A stretch of 64,000 bases of DNA from Candidatus Eiseniibacteriota bacterium (GTDB lineage Bacteria; Eisenbacteria; RBG-16-71-46). Position numbers and translations under genes: made by a program. The stretch lies in the NCBI GenBank assembly GCA_963717505.1, contig OY970342.1:3296001-3360000 (forward strand), given 5' to 3'. Under the pieces are notes generated by a model, which was given only the letters and a program-made list of their open reading frames with translations, was not told the origin of the DNA and did not search any database. This document shows, piece by piece, positions 30,130 to 41,575 of the stretch (position 1 is its first letter; each line of letters opens with the position of its first letter).

Positions 30130-30900
30130 CTACGCCGTCAGCGATCTTCCCAGCGCGTCCAGTCGCTCGGTCCAGTAGACCTTCATGCGCGCAGCGGACT
30201 CCTTGTCGGGCAGCTTGCCGTGCTGGATCTGCGCCGTACTCTTGCCGTCGCCTTTCGCGATCAGCCAGACCTCGACCGAACTGCCGTCTTCCCACGTCAG
30301 GCGCACCGATTTGTTCGCGGTCGCTTTGCGTACCGCGAGCCGAACGCGCGGCAGCCATTTTGCCCGCCCGCGCGCTTCAGCGAACGCCTCGTACAACGCT
30401 CCGACCGGCACCGGGAAGGTCCGGCTCTTGCTGGCTTCGAACGCGCCGCCCCGTCGCTGGCCAACCTCGCGCAGGCCGCGGATGCGCTCGTAGCCGACCG
30501 TGACGGCCTGGGCCCACCACCCCGGGACACCGTAGGTTTCATGGACGTAGGTGGCGATCTTTCGATGGGGCCAGTCGTAGGCCTTGGCGTAGTCGAGCGA
30601 CTTGACCCACTTGCCCCACGCACATCCGGTCCTGGTCTTGAGCGTGGCATCGCTCACGCCCGCGACCTTGGCGTAGTCGGCAGGTGAAACGCGGGTGAGA
30701 TTCGCGGCGGGAGGGGCCTTCTTCGCGCCGGCGCCCCGAGTCGTCACGGGAACGGACTTTCGAGCGGCGCTGACCTTCGGCGTCGTGGAACGGGCGGATT
30801 TCGGGGCATTGAGGATTTGCGCGCGGGCGGCGGTGTAGGACTCGCCCGTCTTCTGAATGCGCCGGCGCACGAGGCGCTTGAAGTCTTTTTGGGTCGGCAT
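30130..30900 (-). CDS. Hypothetical protein: basic N-terminal helical module, low-complexity linker, DUF4287-like middle and SRPBCC/START-like C-terminus
   Basis: MPTQKDFKRLVRRRIQKTGESYTAARAQIL; TG..W..W...LD...H..IA......GVPGWWAQAVTVGYER; SKSRTF...LYEAF...QH.KLPD...MK.YW...L. Confidence 0.8.
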   Translation of the reverse strand: MPTQKDFKRLVRRRIQKTGESYTAARAQILNAPKSARSTTPKVSAARKSVPVTTRGAGAKKAPPAANLTRVSPADYAKVAGVSDATLKTRTGCAWGKWVKSLDYAKAYDWPHRKIATYVHETYGVPGWWAQAVTVGYERIRGLREVGQRRGGAFEASKSRTFPVPVGALYEAFAEARGRAKWLPRVRLAVRKATANKSVRLTWEDGSSVEVWLIAKGDGKSTAQIQHGKLPDKESAARMKVYWTERLDALGRSLTA

Positions 30901-31064
30901 TGATGGATCCTTCTGGTTGAGCCACGGCCGCGCGCCCCCCAGCGGCGACGCTCCGAGGCGTCACCAAAAGTCTCGCATGCCGATCCGGGAGTTTGCCTCC
31001 CTTTGCCTCACGAGGATCCCTGCTGGGGAGGGATCGATGAGGTTGGGCGTGGACGATCGCCGAG
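30901..31064 (-). ncRNA. Candidate structured cis-regulatory leader RNA with pseudoknot
   Basis: Four to five helices plus a 7-bp pairing between a hairpin loop and the 3' segment, lying between a sigma70-like promoter and the SD/ATG of the 30900 gene (details in findings). Confidence 0.6.
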
Positions 31065-31069
31065 CCGCA

Positions 31070-31098
31070 ACTATGCTCCGGGGGACGCCGGGAAACAA
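31070..31098 (-). promoter_or_regulatory. Sigma70-like promoter for the leader RNA and the 30900 gene
   Basis: TTGTTT (31098-31093), 17 bp spacer, CATAGT (31075-31070). Confidence 0.55.
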
Positions 31099-31208
31099 GG
31101 GAAGATCGGGGGCAGGAAGCGGGTGCGCCGCCGGTGCTAACATCCGCCGGTCGACCCCAACCGCCAACCCAGACCCGGGCGCATCGCCCGCTTCATTCGA
31201 GGCCATCC

Positions 31209-31721
31209 ATGAGCACATCCATGAGCCCTCCCCGAACCATCTCGGAGTCGTTCCTGACCGAGCTCGATTCGGAGATGCCGACCACCCGCCGGCTGCTCGA
31301 GCGCGTCCCGAGCGACCGTGGATCGTGGAAGCCGCACCCGAAATCGTTCTCGCTCGGCCACCTGGCTCAACTGGTGGCACGGATGCCGGGCTGGCTGACC
31401 TTGACCATGAAGCAGACCCAGCTCGACCTGAGTGGCGCCCCCGCTTATTCGCTCGAGACCACGGAGACGCTGTTGTCCGAGTTCGACCGGTTGGTGAAGG
31501 AAGCCCGTGAAGTGCTCGCCGCCGCGAAGGACGAAGACTATGCGATTCCCTGGTCGCTGGCCGCGGGCGGCCATGTGCTGTTCACGCTGCCCAGACTTGC
31601 GGTGATGCGCCAGAACATCAACCATCTCATGCACCACCGCGGGCAGCTCACGGTCTACCTGCGATTGCTCGACGTGCCTTTGCCGTCGATCTACGGACCC
31701 ACGGCCGACGAGAAGTGGTAG
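31209..31721 (+). CDS. DinB/YfiT-superfamily (four-helix putative metalloenzyme) protein
   Basis: E...TRRLLERVP, WKPHPKSFSLGHLA, NHLMHHRGQLTVYLRLLDVPLPSIYGP. Confidence 0.9.
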   Translation: MSTSMSPPRTISESFLTELDSEMPTTRRLLERVPSDRGSWKPHPKSFSLGHLAQLVARMPGWLTLTMKQTQLDLSGAPAYSLETTETLLSEFDRLVKEAREVLAAAKDEDYAIPWSLAAGGHVLFTLPRLAVMRQNINHLMHHRGQLTVYLRLLDVPLPSIYGPTADEKW

Positions 31722-31771
31722 GGGTTTGCACGAAGCCTTCCCTGTTTCCATGATCAGCAAATGAGCACTGC

Positions 31772-32047
31772 ATGAGCATCACAATCCACGTTCCGGGGGC
31801 GTTGCGCGACCGTTGCGGCGGCGCTTCCCAGCTCACCGTGTCCGCTCCGAGCGTGCGCGCCGCGCTCGACCAGCTGGAACTGAGTCACCCGTCCTTGTAT
31901 TTCGGCATCTGCGACGAAACCGGCGCGGTCCGTCGCCACATCAACGTTTTCGTCAACACATCCAACGTCAGGGACGGGGCCGGGCTCGAAACACCGCTGT
32001 CCCCCGGCGACGTCCTGACGATCCTGCCCGCCGTCTCAGGAGGCTGA
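31772..32047 (+). CDS. MoaD/ThiS-family ubiquitin-like protein
   Basis: 91 aa beta-grasp pattern, RRHINVFVN, C-terminal PAVSGG. Confidence 0.93.
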   Translation: MSITIHVPGALRDRCGGASQLTVSAPSVRAALDQLELSHPSLYFGICDETGAVRRHINVFVNTSNVRDGAGLETPLSPGDVLTILPAVSGG

Positions 32048-32049
32048 AC

Positions 32050-33162
32050 ATGTCGGAACGCGTGGTCCTCACGATTGGAACCAAGAAGGGGCTGTTCGTC
32101 GCGGAGTCGGCGAAGGCCCGGCGCAGCTTCACGCTGCGCGGACCGTACGGCGCCGGAGTGTCGGTCTATTCCAGCATGATCGACACTCGAGGCACGCCGA
32201 AGCTCTATGCCTCGAGCTGCAATCCCTTCTTCGGCATGAAGGTGCTGCGCTCGACCGACCTCGGCAAGTCGTTCAAGGAAACCAAGTCGGCGCCCGCGTT
32301 TCCCAAGGACGACGGCCGCGCCCTGATCAACATCTGGGCGCTGGAACCGGGTGCCGACCGCAAGGATCTGCTGTGCGGTGTCGAGCCCGCCGCATTGTTT
32401 CGAAGCGGCGACGGCGGCGACTCGTGGGAAATGGTCCCCGGCATCAGCAACCACGAGCACGCGCGCAAATGGCACCCGGGCAACGGCGGCCTGTGCATGC
32501 ACACCATCATTCGGGACGGCAAGCGCGTGCATCTCGGGATCTCGACCGGCGGCCACTACCTGAGCGAAGACGGCGGCACGAGCTTCAAGGCCTCCAACAA
32601 AGGCATCGGTGCCGGCTTCACGCCCGACCCGTACCCGGAATTCGGTCAGTGTGTGCACAAGATCGCCCGTCATCCGGACGCTCCGGGACGTCTCTACATG
32701 CAGAACCACGGCGGCTGGGCCAATTGGGACGGACCGGGAGGGCCGCGTCCGGGTATCGGCGTGCTGCGGAGCGACGACCACGGCAGGACCTGGCGGTCGA
32801 TCGCCGAGGGTCTGCCGTCGGATTTCGGCTTCCCGATCCTGGTCCATCCGCACGATCCCGACACGGTGTACGTCATGCCGCTCGAGCCGATGACGCGCAC
32901 CTGTCCCGGTGGCGCCCCCGCGGTGTGGCGCAGCGAGAACGGCGGCGACTCGTGGCGGCGCCTGGCCAAGGGACTGCCGAAGAAGCAGAGCTACTTCACG
33001 GTGCAACGCGATGCCATGGACATCGACGAACTCAAGACGCCTGCGATCTACTTCGGGACCACGACGGGCCAGCTTTGGATCGGGCGCGAGGGTGGTGAGG
33101 AGTGGAGCTGTGTGTTCGACGCGTTGCCGCCGATCCACAACGTGAAGGTCGGCCTGGTTTGA
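32050..33162 (+). CDS. Cytoplasmic BNR/Asp-box (sialidase-like) beta-propeller protein
   Basis: IGTKKGLF, GVEPAALFRSGDGGDSW, GQCVHKI, QNHGG, GLPSDFGFP; no signal peptide. Confidence 0.88.
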   Translation: MSERVVLTIGTKKGLFVAESAKARRSFTLRGPYGAGVSVYSSMIDTRGTPKLYASSCNPFFGMKVLRSTDLGKSFKETKSAPAFPKDDGRALINIWALEPGADRKDLLCGVEPAALFRSGDGGDSWEMVPGISNHEHARKWHPGNGGLCMHTIIRDGKRVHLGISTGGHYLSEDGGTSFKASNKGIGAGFTPDPYPEFGQCVHKIARHPDAPGRLYMQNHGGWANWDGPGGPRPGIGVLRSDDHGRTWRSIAEGLPSDFGFPILVHPHDPDTVYVMPLEPMTRTCPGGAPAVWRSENGGDSWRRLAKGLPKKQSYFTVQRDAMDIDELKTPAIYFGTTTGQLWIGREGGEEWSCVFDALPPIHNVKVGLV

Positions 33163-33264
33163 TCGGCGGCACGACCGCCGAGGGTGTGTCCGCAGCTTGA
33201 AACGGGCGCCGGCGACCGCCGGCGCCCACTGCGTTCACTCACCCGGCTGGAGTAGACTCGACCC

Positions 33265-35538
<2,274 letters not shown>

Positions 35539-35614
35539 GTCGCTTTCGTCGTGGAACTGGAACGGGCGGGTCGCCTTCTGCACGACCCGCCCGTTGTGCT
35601 TCAACGATCGCGCG

Positions 35615-36067
35615 CTACTGGACGACGAAGTCCCTCGATCCGGCGGGTACGCCGTTGGCCGTCACCTCGACGCGGTATTGCCCGGTCGGCCATCCACCGG
35701 TCTTGCTGATGTGGAACTCGGTCGCTGCCGGGCCGGTCGGCGCGATGGCTTCGCTCATCTCATTCACCAGCTGACCGTCCCCATAGGTCCAGCGCACCGC
35801 CAGGGTCGCGCTCGGCGTCGTGCCTTCGGTCGAGATCGAAACGTAGATCGTGTCCTTGGTTCCAAACGACGTCGTCGGGGTCAGCACGCGCTTGTCGGGT
35901 CCGACCTCCGAGCCCAGCTCGAGACCGAGGACCTTGAATTCCACCGGAGCCGGAGGCGGTGTCGATGCCGGGGCCTCCTCGGCCGGCTTGGGCTTGGCGC
36001 AGCCGGCCAATCCGATCGCCGCAAGACACAGCAGAGTGGTCGCCACGCATCTCGTCACTGATCTCAT
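35615..36067 (-). CDS. Lipoprotein with a small beta-sandwich domain
   Basis: AGGAGG RBS, lipobox LAGC, GWPTGQYRVEV. Confidence 0.8.
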   Translation of the reverse strand: MRSVTRCVATTLLCLAAIGLAGCAKPKPAEEAPASTPPPAPVEFKVLGLELGSEVGPDKRVLTPTTSFGTKDTIYVSISTEGTTPSATLAVRWTYGDGQLVNEMSEAIAPTGPAATEFHISKTGGWPTGQYRVEVTANGVPAGSRDFVVQ

Positions 36068-36190
36068 GTGTGCATCCTCCTTGAGCACGGGTGGGTCAGG
36101 CTTCGGGGATCCTGAACTTCTGGCTCGGCGGGCATCCTAGCACTCCTGACGCCCGGAGTTGGTGCGCCGATACACCCATTTGGAGAGCCT

Positions 36191-37039
36191 CTACGTACCG
36201 TACGTCCCGGCTCGTTGGGCTTCGGTTCGGTTCATCCAAACCACGAAGACTCCGGCGCAAACCCAAAGCAGACCTACGGTGAGCCAGGCCACCAGGGAGG
36301 CGCTGAGGCCGAACACGTTCGTCGCCCCCGGGGTCGCCGAGGGCACGATGTCCTTGGTGTTGTTCACCGCGGCGTGCAGCAGCATGGGGAGCAGCAGGCA
36401 GCCGTTGGCCTTGACGTAGAGCCATGCAAACGCCACTGACAGCGCCGTGACCTGCAACAGAAACACGACGAACGACTGCCCGTAGGTGTCGCCTGCGCGC
36501 AAGAAGAACAGCGGCAGGTGCCACAGCGCCCAGATCACGCCGAGCGCCAGGCTGGCGCGCGCGAGGCCCAGCCGCGATGCCAGCCGGGGGAGCGCATAGC
36601 CTCGCCAACCGATCTCCTCACCCGCCTGGAACGGAGTCGACATGGCGATGACGAACGGAATGAACGGCCACGGCAGATCCCCGAACGGCGGCCACTCCCC
36701 AGTCACCACACGGTGGACCAGGGCGGCGGTGAGTTTGATCGCCGCCATGTAGCCGACGGCAAACACATACCAGCGCACCGCCACGGATCGCGGGATCACG
36801 CGACCGAGCAAGGCGTGAACCCCGGCGTCCCCCTGGTTCCTGGACGTGAGCCAGATCGCGACCAGGGAAGGGGCGTAGGTCCCCAGGTGCAGGAGGATGC
36901 TCCCGAGCAGCGTATGCGACGAAATGCCAGCGAGGATCGGCGTCCAGCAGGCCCAGGTCACGGCGAAGGTGATCCCGATGAACTCGAGGGCCGAGCCTGT
37001 CGTCCCGTTATTCCGAAGGAGTTTCATCACCGTCACCAT
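36191..37039 (-). CDS. CPBP (CAAX/Abi) family intramembrane metalloprotease
   Basis: GEEIGWRGY, WALWHLP, LLHAAVN motifs, multi-TM. Confidence 0.92.
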   Translation of the reverse strand: MVTVMKLLRNNGTTGSALEFIGITFAVTWACWTPILAGISSHTLLGSILLHLGTYAPSLVAIWLTSRNQGDAGVHALLGRVIPRSVAVRWYVFAVGYMAAIKLTAALVHRVVTGEWPPFGDLPWPFIPFVIAMSTPFQAGEEIGWRGYALPRLASRLGLARASLALGVIWALWHLPLFFLRAGDTYGQSFVVFLLQVTALSVAFAWLYVKANGCLLLPMLLHAAVNNTKDIVPSATPGATNVFGLSASLVAWLTVGLLWVCAGVFVVWMNRTEAQRAGTYGT

Positions 37040-37136
37040 TCCAGAAGTTCGCCGTTGGGCCGAGGTCGGGACTCCGGTAGGCTGATGGGTGGACCGGGAC
37101 CCCCACGAGCACCAACCCTATACGATCGGAGTCGTG

Positions 37137-39872
37137 ATGAAGAGGTACGGCACCGGCCTCGCGGTCCTGGCGGTCCTGGTCGTATTGGTCGCGATCGCGC
37201 TTCCGCGCCTGAATCCCCGCGTCGCGGGCGACAGTGTATCCCGCCTTCCTGTCGGCCAGAACCCGATGGCGGTCGGCACCGAAGACAATCCCGACGCTCA
37301 GGCCGAGATGGAATTCATGATGCTGCGCGACCCGCGGACGAACGCGATTCCCCGGGGCATTCGCCGGCGTGAGGTCGTGTTCGCACGGAGCCTGCCCCGC
37401 CCCCTGGCGCGCTCGTTCCGCAATGGCCCCGATCGAGTCGCCACGCAGGACCTGGTCTGGACGGAGCGCGGCCCCAACAATGTCGGTGGTCGTACGCGAG
37501 CCTTTGCCGTGGACGTCGCGAGCCCGACCACCCTGCTGGCCGGAAGCGTCGCCGGCGGCATCTGGCGATCGACCGACGATGGTGCATCGTGGTCCCTGCG
37601 CACGAGCCCCGGCCAGATCCACAGCACGACCTGCATTGCCCAGGATGTGCGGGCGGGCAAGACCGACACCTGGTACCTCGGCACTGGGGAGATCCGCGGC
37701 TCGACCACCAACGCCACCCGCTGGGGCGCGCTCTACGTTGGAGACGGCATCTTCAAATCCAGAGACGGCGGCGCGAGCTGGACCCTGCTGCCCGCGACCT
37801 CGTCGGGCACGCCCCAGGTGACCGATGCGTTCGACTACGTGGTCAACGTCGCCACCAATCCGGCCAACGCCGGGCAGGACGAGGCGTTGGCCGCCACGTT
37901 CAGGGGCATCTATCGCACCACCGACGGCGGCGACCTCTGGTCGCCGGTCCTGACTTCCGACTCCGGGTTCACCGACGTCGCGGTCACCGCCACCGGTGTG
38001 TCCTATGCGTGCACCCGTTTGGGCCCCCAGACTCGCATCTGGCGATCGACCAACGGCACGGTCTGGAATCAGATCCAGCCGGCATCGTTCCCGGCGCTGT
38101 CCAATCGCGTGGTGATCGGGCTCGCGCCCTCCAATCCGCAGGTCGTGTATTTCCTGGTTCAAGGCGCCAACACCACGCCGGCCGTCGGTGGGCATCAGCT
38201 CTGGAAGTACACCTACCTTTCCGGCAACGGCTCGGGCGCCGGCGGCACCTGGGTCAATCGCGGCGCCAATCTGCCGAGCGACATCAACACACAGACCGGA
38301 TACGACCAGATCGTCCAGGTCAAGCCCGACGACGAGAGCTTCGTGCTGATCGGGGGCACGAATCTCTATCGCTCGACCGACGGCTATGCGACCAACACGG
38401 CCACCACGGTGATCGGTGGCTATCCGTTCTATCCGGACGGCAACCACCACCCCGACTTGCACGCCGGCGCATTCAGCCCCGCCAACCCGAGCGTCTACTA
38501 CTCGGCCGGCGACGGCGGCGTGTCGAAGGCTCCCGACATCACTGCAATCCTCATGACGTGGGAGAGCCTGAACCATGGGTACAACGTGACCCAGTTCTAT
38601 TCGGTGGCCATCGCACCCGACGCAGGCAGTGATCTGATCCTGGCCGGCGCGCAGGACAATGGCTCTCAGCTCGGAAACGCGCCGGGGGCATCTGACTGGG
38701 TGCTGGCCTACGGCGGTGACGGCACGATCGTCGAGGTATCGCCGGCGGCCGACAATCGCCTGTACACCCAGTATCAGAACGGCCCAATCCAGCGCCAGAA
38801 CTGGGACGGCTCCAACGTCTTTGCAATTACGCCGTCCGGCTCGGCCAACCAGATGTTCGTCAATCCGATCGTGCTCGACCCGAATGTTTCGAGCAGGCTC
38901 TATTATGCGGCCGGCAATTCCCCGACCTCGAGCATGATCTGGCGGAACGACGACGCGCCGAACGCGGAGCCGACCACCGGCTGGACGGCCCTGACCACGA
39001 CCGATGTCGGGGCCGGGGTGGGCTACGTCCGGCGAATCAGCGCACTCGGCATCTCGACCGCGAACCCTGCGAACGTCCTGTACTACGGAACCGTCGACGG
39101 TGTCGTGATGAAAGCCGAGGACGTGCACACCGCGAACCCGACGATGACTTACGTGGCCCCGCCCGGGCTGGGCGCGGGATCCTCGACCGGGGGATTCGTG
39201 CGGTGTATCGCCGTGGATCCCACCAATGCCGAGCATGCTCTGGTTGCGTTTGGCAACTACAACTTCCCGAGCCTGTGGCGAACCACCGACGGCGGCCTGA
39301 GCTGGACGGACGTCGAAGGCAACCTGGCCGGACCCTCGGGGCCGTCGATTCGTTGGGCGACGATGTTCTACCTCGACGATCAGCTCCAGGTGTTCCTGGG
39401 AACCAGCGTCGGCGTGCTCTCGACTTCGGTCTTGGATGGTGCCGCAACCGTTTGGGCACTGGAGGCCGGCGATGCGATCGGCAACGTGATCGTCGGCTAC
39501 ATGGACTATCGCGCGTCGGACCGGACGCTGGCGGTCGGAACCCACGGTCGGGGGGTGTTCACCACCCAGTTCCCACCGGTCACCGCAGTCGGCGACGGGC
39601 CTGTGCGCGGCCGCGCCACGCTGGGCGCGAGCTATCCGAATCCGACGCTCGGAACCGCGACCATTCCCTTCGCGCTGCCGCGCGCGAGCCAGGTCTCGCT
39701 GCGCCTCTACGACGTGGCCGGGCGCGAAGTCGCAGTACTGGCGGATGGACGGCGTGAGGCGGGCCGGCACGAGGTCCGGGTGGCGACCCAGCGCCTGGCG
39801 ACCGGCGCCTACTACTACGTGCTGCGGGCGGACGGTGCGACCGAAACTCGCACGCTGCTGGTGAGGCGCTGA
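37137..39872 (+). CDS. Secreted BNR-repeat beta-propeller protein with T9SS/FlgD-like C-terminal domain
   Basis: WTERGPNNVGGRTRA, repeated S.DGG.sW, C-terminal YPNP...LRLYDVAGREVA...GAYYYVL. Confidence 0.9.
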   Translation: MKRYGTGLAVLAVLVVLVAIALPRLNPRVAGDSVSRLPVGQNPMAVGTEDNPDAQAEMEFMMLRDPRTNAIPRGIRRREVVFARSLPRPLARSFRNGPDRVATQDLVWTERGPNNVGGRTRAFAVDVASPTTLLAGSVAGGIWRSTDDGASWSLRTSPGQIHSTTCIAQDVRAGKTDTWYLGTGEIRGSTTNATRWGALYVGDGIFKSRDGGASWTLLPATSSGTPQVTDAFDYVVNVATNPANAGQDEALAATFRGIYRTTDGGDLWSPVLTSDSGFTDVAVTATGVSYACTRLGPQTRIWRSTNGTVWNQIQPASFPALSNRVVIGLAPSNPQVVYFLVQGANTTPAVGGHQLWKYTYLSGNGSGAGGTWVNRGANLPSDINTQTGYDQIVQVKPDDESFVLIGGTNLYRSTDGYATNTATTVIGGYPFYPDGNHHPDLHAGAFSPANPSVYYSAGDGGVSKAPDITAILMTWESLNHGYNVTQFYSVAIAPDAGSDLILAGAQDNGSQLGNAPGASDWVLAYGGDGTIVEVSPAADNRLYTQYQNGPIQRQNWDGSNVFAITPSGSANQMFVNPIVLDPNVSSRLYYAAGNSPTSSMIWRNDDAPNAEPTTGWTALTTTDVGAGVGYVRRISALGISTANPANVLYYGTVDGVVMKAEDVHTANPTMTYVAPPGLGAGSSTGGFVRCIAVDPTNAEHALVAFGNYNFPSLWRTTDGGLSWTDVEGNLAGPSGPSIRWATMFYLDDQLQVFLGTSVGVLSTSVLDGAATVWALEAGDAIGNVIVGYMDYRASDRTLAVGTHGRGVFTTQFPPVTAVGDGPVRGRATLGASYPNPTLGTATIPFALPRASQVSLRLYDVAGREVAVLADGRREAGRHEVRVATQRLATGAYYYVLRADGATETRTLLVRR

Positions 39873-39952
39873 CGGGACCTCCATCGTTTGCGGCCGAGCA
39901 GACGTGCCCATAGGCTTCGCGCGTCGAACTCGGACCGTGGAGTGACCCGACG

Positions 39953-40876
39953 ATGAGCGTTCTCGACGCAATCGGCGATACGACGATGGTTCGTCTGCGC
40001 AAGATCGTGCCGCCCGACTGCGCCGACATCTTCGTGAAGCTCGAGTGGGAGAACCCCACCGGCAGCGTCAAAGATCGGATGGCGCTCGCGGTGATCGAGC
40101 GCGCCGAGTCGGACGGTCGCCTCAAGCCCGGCGACACCGTCGTGGAGTACACCGGAGGTAGCACGGGGGCGTCGCTGGCCTTGGTCTGCGCCGCCAAGGG
40201 GTACCGCCTCAGGATCGTCAGCTCCGATGCCTTCAGCCCCGAGAAGCTGAACCAGATGGCCGCCCTGGGCGCCGAGCTGACGTTGGTCCCGAGCGAGGGT
40301 GGGTTGACCACCAAGAAGCTGATCCTGGACATGATCGAGACTGCGCGCCGCCTGAGCCAGGAGCCGCGGACGTACTGGACCGATCAGCTCAACAACGCCG
40401 ACAGCATCGCGGGCTACCACGCCCTGGGCGAGGAGATCTGGAACCAGACGGGGGGTAGTGTCGACGCCTTCGTGCACAGCGTGGGGACCGCGGCCTGCAC
40501 CCGCGGGGTAGCGAACGTGCTCAAGCGACACAAGCCGGCGGTCCGGATCGTGGTGGTCGAGCCCGCCGAGTCGGCGGTCTTGTCAGGCGGTGCTCCGGGT
40601 CCGCACAAGATCGAAGGCGTTGGGGTCGGCTTCGTCCCGCCCCTGTGGGACCCCTCTCTAGTCGACGAGATCGTGCCGGTTCGAACCGATGACGCGAAGG
40701 CGATGGCGCGGCGCATCGCGCGCGAGGAAGCCTTGTTCGCCGGGACCTCGTCCGGCGCCAATGTCATCGCCGCGATCCATGTGGCCGAGCGCCTGGGACG
40801 GGGAGCCACCGTCGTGACCCTGATGGCCGACTCGGGGCTCAAGTACCTGAACACCGACGTGTACCGAAAGGGATAG
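39953..40876 (+). CDS. cysK: Cysteine synthase family PLP enzyme
   Basis: KLEWENPTGSVKDR, HKIEGVG, GTSSGAN, DSGLKYL. The substrate loop is TGGSTG rather than the canonical TSGNTG. Confidence 0.85.
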   Translation: MSVLDAIGDTTMVRLRKIVPPDCADIFVKLEWENPTGSVKDRMALAVIERAESDGRLKPGDTVVEYTGGSTGASLALVCAAKGYRLRIVSSDAFSPEKLNQMAALGAELTLVPSEGGLTTKKLILDMIETARRLSQEPRTYWTDQLNNADSIAGYHALGEEIWNQTGGSVDAFVHSVGTAACTRGVANVLKRHKPAVRIVVVEPAESAVLSGGAPGPHKIEGVGVGFVPPLWDPSLVDEIVPVRTDDAKAMARRIAREEALFAGTSSGANVIAAIHVAERLGRGATVVTLMADSGLKYLNTDVYRKG

Positions 40877-40882
40877 CAGGAT

Positions 40883-41575
40883 TCAGAACGGCTCTCGAGC
40901 GAACGCGATCCCGAGCGTGACGAGCCACAGCGGCAGCACGACGTTGTTCACTTCGGCGGCCAGAGCCACCGCTGGAGTGACGTTTCGAAACATCGCGGCA
41001 AACCCGACGACGCTGACCGCAATCCCGGCGATACCCAACCATCGGGGCCGCCGAACCGAACGCAGGATCGCGTAGGCGGTCAGCAGAAAGAACAGGTTGA
41101 GCGCCAGCTCGCCGACGAACTCCCCGATGAAGTTCCCCAGGTAGGAGTTCAGTCCGGCGAACAGGGTTTCCAGACTTGCTCTCTCGGGTGGCGATGCGGT
41201 CGCGTAGGCCCGTCCGATCACCCATTGAATGCTGGGCCAGCGCGAGAGACCCAGCATCATGCTGAACGCAGAGATCATCGCGAACATCGCGCTGCTCCCC
41301 GCGGCTCCTGGTGCGGCAGCGCGCAACGCGATCGCGGCTCCGACCCCCGCGGGCACCAGTAGCAGCGGGATGAGCGCATAGAGGGACCAGACCGCGCGCC
41401 CCTCGGTTCCGAGAGCGATCAGGCGCGGCAACACTTCGACGGCCGGTCGATCGAGGATGTCCGGGTAGTCGAAGCGTGCCGCCAGGTAGCTGAACACCGC
41501 GACGAACAGGATCGCCGCCAGGATCAGGGACCAGCCTCCCGCACGGACTGCCAAGACTTCGGCCGACCGGGTCAC
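40883..41575 (-). CDS. DUF4386-like membrane protein
   Basis: FSYLAARFDYPDIL, GLSRWP, YLGNFIGEFVGE; GTGA overlap with the upstream gene. Confidence 0.75.
   Translation of the reverse strand: MTRSAEVLAVRAGGWSLILAAILFVAVFSYLAARFDYPDILDRPAVEVLPRLIALGTEGRAVWSLYALIPLLLVPAGVGAAIALRAAAPGAAGSSAMFAMISAFSMMLGLSRWPSIQWVIGRAYATASPPERASLETLFAGLNSYLGNFIGEFVGELALNLFFLLTAYAILRSVRRPRWLGIAGIAVSVVGFAAMFRNVTPAVALAAEVNNVVLPLWLVTLGIAFAREPF

Noticed and set aside
36191-37039. Abi-domain protein as a phage defence gene
   Set aside because: It is an ordinary CPBP/CAAX intramembrane protease with no defence-island context.
37008-39971. 987-aa minus-strand ORF and similar long antisense ORFs (e.g. 18492-20237, 33235-34941, 13161-14738)
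   Set aside because: Shadow frames of real genes caused by high-GC codon bias; no recognisable motifs.
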